DNA from: an uncultured Actinomycetes bacterium
Lineage (GTDB): Bacteria > Actinomycetota > Thermoleophilia > Gaiellales > JALYLC01
Direction: 5' to 3'
Length of the DNA: 64,000 bases
Assembly (NCBI GenBank): GCA_963845865.1
Contig: CAWJTT010000005.1
Location: forward strand, 11,315 to 75,314
Shown here piece by piece: positions 61,313-64,000 of this stretch (positions are counted from its first letter, which is position 1; each line of letters begins with the position of its first letter). A model generated the notes under the pieces. It saw nothing but the letters and a program-made list of their open reading frames with translations, searched no databases and was not told the DNA's origin. The position numbers were made by a program, and so were the translations under genes.

Positions 61313-61336
61313 GCATGCGCTCCAGGAGGCACAGAG

Positions 61337-62203
61337 ATGGAAGCCAGCAGCATTGTCGCCCCGCCGGACGGGCTCCGTGCGCATCTGCGGGGCATGTGGT
61401 CCGCGGTCGCCGGAGGATGGGGCGAGCACGCCGAGTACGTGGACGCACGCGGCGCGGCCGTGACGCGGAGCATGCTCGCCGAGTCGAAGCCGCAGTCGGG
61501 CGAGCGGGTGCTCGAGCTCGCCTGCGGGGCGGGCGGGCTCGGCCTCGCGGCGGCCGCCCTGGTCGCTCCGGACGGGGAGGTGGTGCTCTCCGACGTCGTC
61601 GCCGAGATGACCGCGATCGCCGCCGCCCGCGCGCGCACGCTCGGGGTCGAGAACGTCGGCACCCGGCAACTCGACCTCGAGAGCATCGCGGAGCCCGACG
61701 AGTCGTATGACATCGTGCTCTGCCGCGAGGGGATGATGTTCGCCCCCGAGCCGGAGCGAGCTGCGAGCGAGATCGCGCGCGTCCTGCGTCCGGGTGGCCG
61801 TGTCGCCGTGGCGGTGTGGGGACCGCGCGAGCAGAACCCGTGGCTCGGGCTCGTGTTCGACGCCGTCAGCGCCGAGACCGGCGCGCCTGTGCCCCCGCCC
61901 GGCGTTCCCGGCCCGTTCTCGCTCTCCGATCGCGACCGGGTGGCCGGCCTCTTCACGCACGCCGGCTTCTCCGACGTGCGCGTGCGCGAGGTGCCCACAC
62001 CGCTGCGCGCGGATTCCTTCGAGGAGTGGTGGGAGCGGACGTCGGCTCTGGCCGGCCCCCTGACGAAGATCCTCGCGGCCCTGTCGGCGGGAGCCGCGCA
62101 GGCCCTGAGCGCGCGGCTGCAGGAGAGCGTGCGCCCGTACACGACGCCCGACGGGGCCGTCGAGATCCCCGGGCTCACGCTCGTTGCGGCGGCTTCCCGA
62201 TGA
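61337..62203 (+). CDS. class I SAM-dependent methyltransferase
   Basis: AGGAGG lies upstream. Motif I is VLELACGAGGLG. Length is 288 aa. Confidence 0.85.
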   Translation: MEASSIVAPPDGLRAHLRGMWSAVAGGWGEHAEYVDARGAAVTRSMLAESKPQSGERVLELACGAGGLGLAAAALVAPDGEVVLSDVVAEMTAIAAARARTLGVENVGTRQLDLESIAEPDESYDIVLCREGMMFAPEPERAASEIARVLRPGGRVAVAVWGPREQNPWLGLVFDAVSAETGAPVPPPGVPGPFSLSDRDRVAGLFTHAGFSDVRVREVPTPLRADSFEEWWERTSALAGPLTKILAALSAGAAQALSARLQESVRPYTTPDGAVEIPGLTLVAAASR

Positions 62204-62264
62204 CGGCGGCCTAAGCTGCTCGTCACCCTCCCGGCGACGGCTGGTTCCCTGAGGGCCGCCCCGC

Positions 62265-62867
62265 CTACGCCGTGCGCGTGTACGCGCGCTGGCGAGCGGG
62301 GCGCGCCTCGAGGCCGTCGAGGTAGGGGACGATGCCGGGTGGCAGCTCGGCGGTCTCCGACGCACGTGCGAAGCTGAGCACGCCGCCGACGAGGATGTCG
62401 GCGACCGAGAAGCCGTCGCCGACGAGGTGGTCGCCGCCGGCCAGAGCCGCCTCCACGACCTCGACGCCCCGGGCGAAGCGCGCGCGTGCCGCCTCCACGA
62501 TCTCGGCGTCGGGCTCGCCCGAGTCCGCCCAGAGTTGGCGCGCCACGTCCATGAGCGGGGCCTCCAGCTCGGTCATCGCGAAGAAGGACCACTGGTACTG
62601 GAGTGCGCGCTCGTGCGAGCCCGGCTCCGCGATCAGGCCCGCCTCCGGGTGCCGGTCGGCGAGATGCAGGCAGAGCGCGGCGGATTCGAACACCGGCCCG
62701 CCGTCCTCGATGTACGCAGGGGCTCGGCACAGCGGGTGCATCTTGCGGTAGTCGTCCGTGAACTTCTGCTCGCGTTCGATGACGACGACATCGATCGGCG
62801 CGCCCGCTTCCTCGGCGAGCCAGAGAACGCGGGCGGAGCGGGAGCGGGGCTGGTGATAGAGGCGCAT
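62265..62867 (-). CDS. glutathione S-transferase family protein
   Basis: MRLYHQPRSRSARVLWLAEE...VFESAALCLHLADRH is present, with a C-terminal GST helical domain. Confidence 0.8.
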   Translation of the reverse strand: MRLYHQPRSRSARVLWLAEEAGAPIDVVVIEREQKFTDDYRKMHPLCRAPAYIEDGGPVFESAALCLHLADRHPEAGLIAEPGSHERALQYQWSFFAMTELEAPLMDVARQLWADSGEPDAEIVEAARARFARGVEVVEAALAGGDHLVGDGFSVADILVGGVLSFARASETAELPPGIVPYLDGLEARPARQRAYTRTA

Positions 62868-62893
62868 CCCGCGACACTACCCACAGCGCCGAG

Positions 62894-62940
62894 ATGGAAA
62901 GCGAGCTTGACAGGATGAAGATGTCAAGCTAGCTTTCCAT
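62894..62940 (+). promoter_or_regulatory. promoter embedded in a 19-bp inverted repeat upstream of the XRE gene
   Basis: ATGGAAAGCGAGCTTGACA - 9 nt - TGTCAAGCTAGCTTTCCAT, with 1 mismatch. TTGACA (62907-62912) is followed by a 17-nt spacer and TAGCTT (62930-62935). The ATG lies at 62945. Confidence 0.55.
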
Positions 62941-62944
62941 CGAG

Positions 62945-63145
62945 ATGAAAAACGACGTACGCGAGCTACGGGCCGCACGGGGGCTCTCGCAGGGTGATCT
63001 GGCGCAGGAGATGAAGGTCTCGCGGCAGACCATCAACGCTGTCGAGACCGGTCGCTACACGCCTTCGCTGCCGCTCGCCATCGCGCTCGCGCGGTTCTTC
63101 CAGCGACCTGTCGAGGAGGTCTTCCATGCAACTGGCAGCCATTAG
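62945..63145 (+). CDS. XRE (Cro/CI) family HTH regulator, 66 aa
   Basis: LRAARGLSQGDLAQEMKVSRQTINAVETGRYTPSLPLAIALARFF. Confidence 0.85.
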   Translation: MKNDVRELRAARGLSQGDLAQEMKVSRQTINAVETGRYTPSLPLAIALARFFQRPVEEVFHATGSH

Positions 63146-63530
63146 CCGGCGCGTCTGCTCGACGCGCTGGTTCCTGCCCGCGTTCACGCTCGTCCTGGGC
63201 TTCGGCCTGGGCGGCGCCCAGTGGAAGGGCGGTGATCGTCAGACGGGCCTCACGTCCATGGCGTTCTTCGTCCTCATCGCCGCCGTGCTCGCGCTCGGCG
63301 GGCGCAGCGAGACGATCAGGATGATCCGCGGCGATGGCCGCGACGAGCGCTGGGCGCGCATCGATCTGGCGGCTACGGCGCTCGCGGGCCTCGTCGTGAT
63401 CTCCTCGATCATCATCGCCTGCGGGTGGGAGTGGGCACACGGTCGCGACGGCACGCCGTTCGTCCAGCTCGGTGCGATTGCCGGCGTGGCCTACATCGCG
63501 GCGCTGGCCGTCCTGCTCAGGCGATCCTGA
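63126..63530 (+). CDS. small membrane protein (4 predicted TM helices)
   Basis: GAGGAGG lies 6 nt upstream. It overlaps the XRE gene by 20 nt. Its hydrophobic segments include FLPAFTLVLGFGLGG, MAFFVLIAAVLALGG, ALAGLVVISSIIIACG and LGAIAGVAYIAALAVLL. Confidence 0.7.
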   Translation: MQLAAISRRVCSTRWFLPAFTLVLGFGLGGAQWKGGDRQTGLTSMAFFVLIAAVLALGGRSETIRMIRGDGRDERWARIDLAATALAGLVVISSIIIACGWEWAHGRDGTPFVQLGAIAGVAYIAALAVLLRRS

Positions 63531-63576
63531 GGGCCGCTCGAGCACCGCACGCTGCCGAGCAGGACCGCAACACCGG

Positions 63577-63605
63577 GGTCAGACCCGCAACGTGCGGGTC
63601 TGACC
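63577..63605. terminator. 13-bp perfect hairpin between convergent genes
   Basis: GGTCAGACCCGCA - acg - TGCGGGTCTGACC. Confidence 0.5.
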
Positions 63606-63607
63606 CC

Positions 63608-63646
63608 ACCTGTGCGGACCTGACCCCGACCTGTGCGGACCTGATC
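63608..63646. repeat. 18-nt tandem direct repeat ACCTGTGCGGACCTGA[CT]C x2, with a 3-nt spacer
   Basis: It was read directly. Its core TGCGGACCTGAYC is related to the hairpin arm TGCGGGTCTGACC. Confidence 0.85.
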
Positions 63647-64000
63647 AGCCCTGGCCAGGCGCGGGCGCGAACTCGCCCAGGAAGCCCTGCGAAATGATCT
63701 TCTGATCGACGGCCGCCTGACCGATGTAGCACTCCCACTCGCGGCCGTCGTTCGCGAGTGAGCGGCAGCCGCCGTTGACGTGTTTCGTCGCGTCGACGCT
63801 CGGCTCGACCGTGCCCTTCCAGGCGGGGTTGCCATTCTGGTCGGTTACCTCTGACGCCGGCGCCCTGGCGAGCACGCAGTGGAACTCGACGTCCTTGGTG
63901 ACGACGGTGCAGGTCGGCTCCGTGCCGGCCAGCGCGAGGGTGCCGGCGGGCATGCTCTGCGCCACGTCGCCGGTGCTGATCAGCTGGTCGGCCGCGATCG
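63645..64000 (-). CDS. hypothetical Cys-containing protein; the N-terminus lies beyond the window end
   Basis: The frame is open from nt 64000 (…IAADQLISTGDVAQSMPAGTL…) to the stop at 63645. There are four Cys residues (CTVV, FHCV, GGCRS, WECY). GC3 is high. Confidence 0.55.
   Translation of the reverse strand, partial: IAADQLISTGDVAQSMPAGTLALAGTEPTCTVVTKDVEFHCVLARAPASEVTDQNGNPAWKGTVEPSVDATKHVNGGCRSLANDGREWECYIGQAAVDQKIISQGFLGEFAPAPGQG

Noticed and set aside
62945-63530. The XRE gene plus the overlapping small gene, considered as a toxin-antitoxin pair.
   Set aside because: The second product is a four-helix membrane protein with no toxin fold motifs. This pairing is a common small regulator / membrane protein unit.

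Overview
This 64-kb window comes from a very high-GC chromosome. Hand counts of single 60-nt lines give mostly 73-82% GC. Gene content and third-position GC bias look like a high-GC actinobacterium, possibly the Thermoleophilia/Rubrobacteria type, but that placement is inference only.

I support about 65 protein genes and one tRNA-Tyr(GTA). I found no rRNA, CRISPR array, transposase, integrase or phage gene. GC3 bias opens long ORFs in every frame, so many long entries in the ORF track are shadow frames. Real genes were picked by motifs, start and RBS context, and stop/start coupling.

**Backbone genes**
- M32 carboxypeptidase
- thyX, a FolM/PTR1-like reductase and folE2
- an ECF sigma / anti-sigma pair
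- pgsA-plsY
- Fpg/Nei glycosylase and asparaginase II
- the principal sigma factor followed by tRNA-Tyr

**Accessory or unusual parts**
1. A lower-GC block lies directly 3' of tRNA-Tyr (15.7-23.8 kb). It holds a small secreted repeat protein, a chimeric 1221-aa SARP / cyclase-stub / STAND-TPR / LuxR regulator, two collagen-like exported proteins and an SGNH hydrolase.
2. A GntR-controlled Opp/Dpp-type importer sits with a mutarotase-like enzyme, an enolase-superfamily enzyme and a Zn-ADH.
3. A 738-aa secreted protein has six PW-type repeats. Its gene, promoter and terminator are bracketed by a 43-nt direct repeat copied from the 3' end of the neighbouring gene.
4. A LuxR-TPR regulator is divergent from a strikingly low-GC FAD-oxidoreductase gene, which is followed by VOC and GST genes.
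5. An atypical mod locus reads modB, Tat-exported ferritin-like protein, modA. It has no modC and carries a divergent HTH-Mop regulator.
6. A sugar ABC / inositol-dehydrogenase-like operon lies behind a tandem perfect palindrome.

Four genes need a +1 frame change to give full-length products: a mini histidine kinase, the enolase-superfamily enzyme, an amidase and possibly modB. These are either real decay or single-base insertion errors in the assembly, and they should be checked against reads.

All functional calls are motif recognition by eye. No database search was run.
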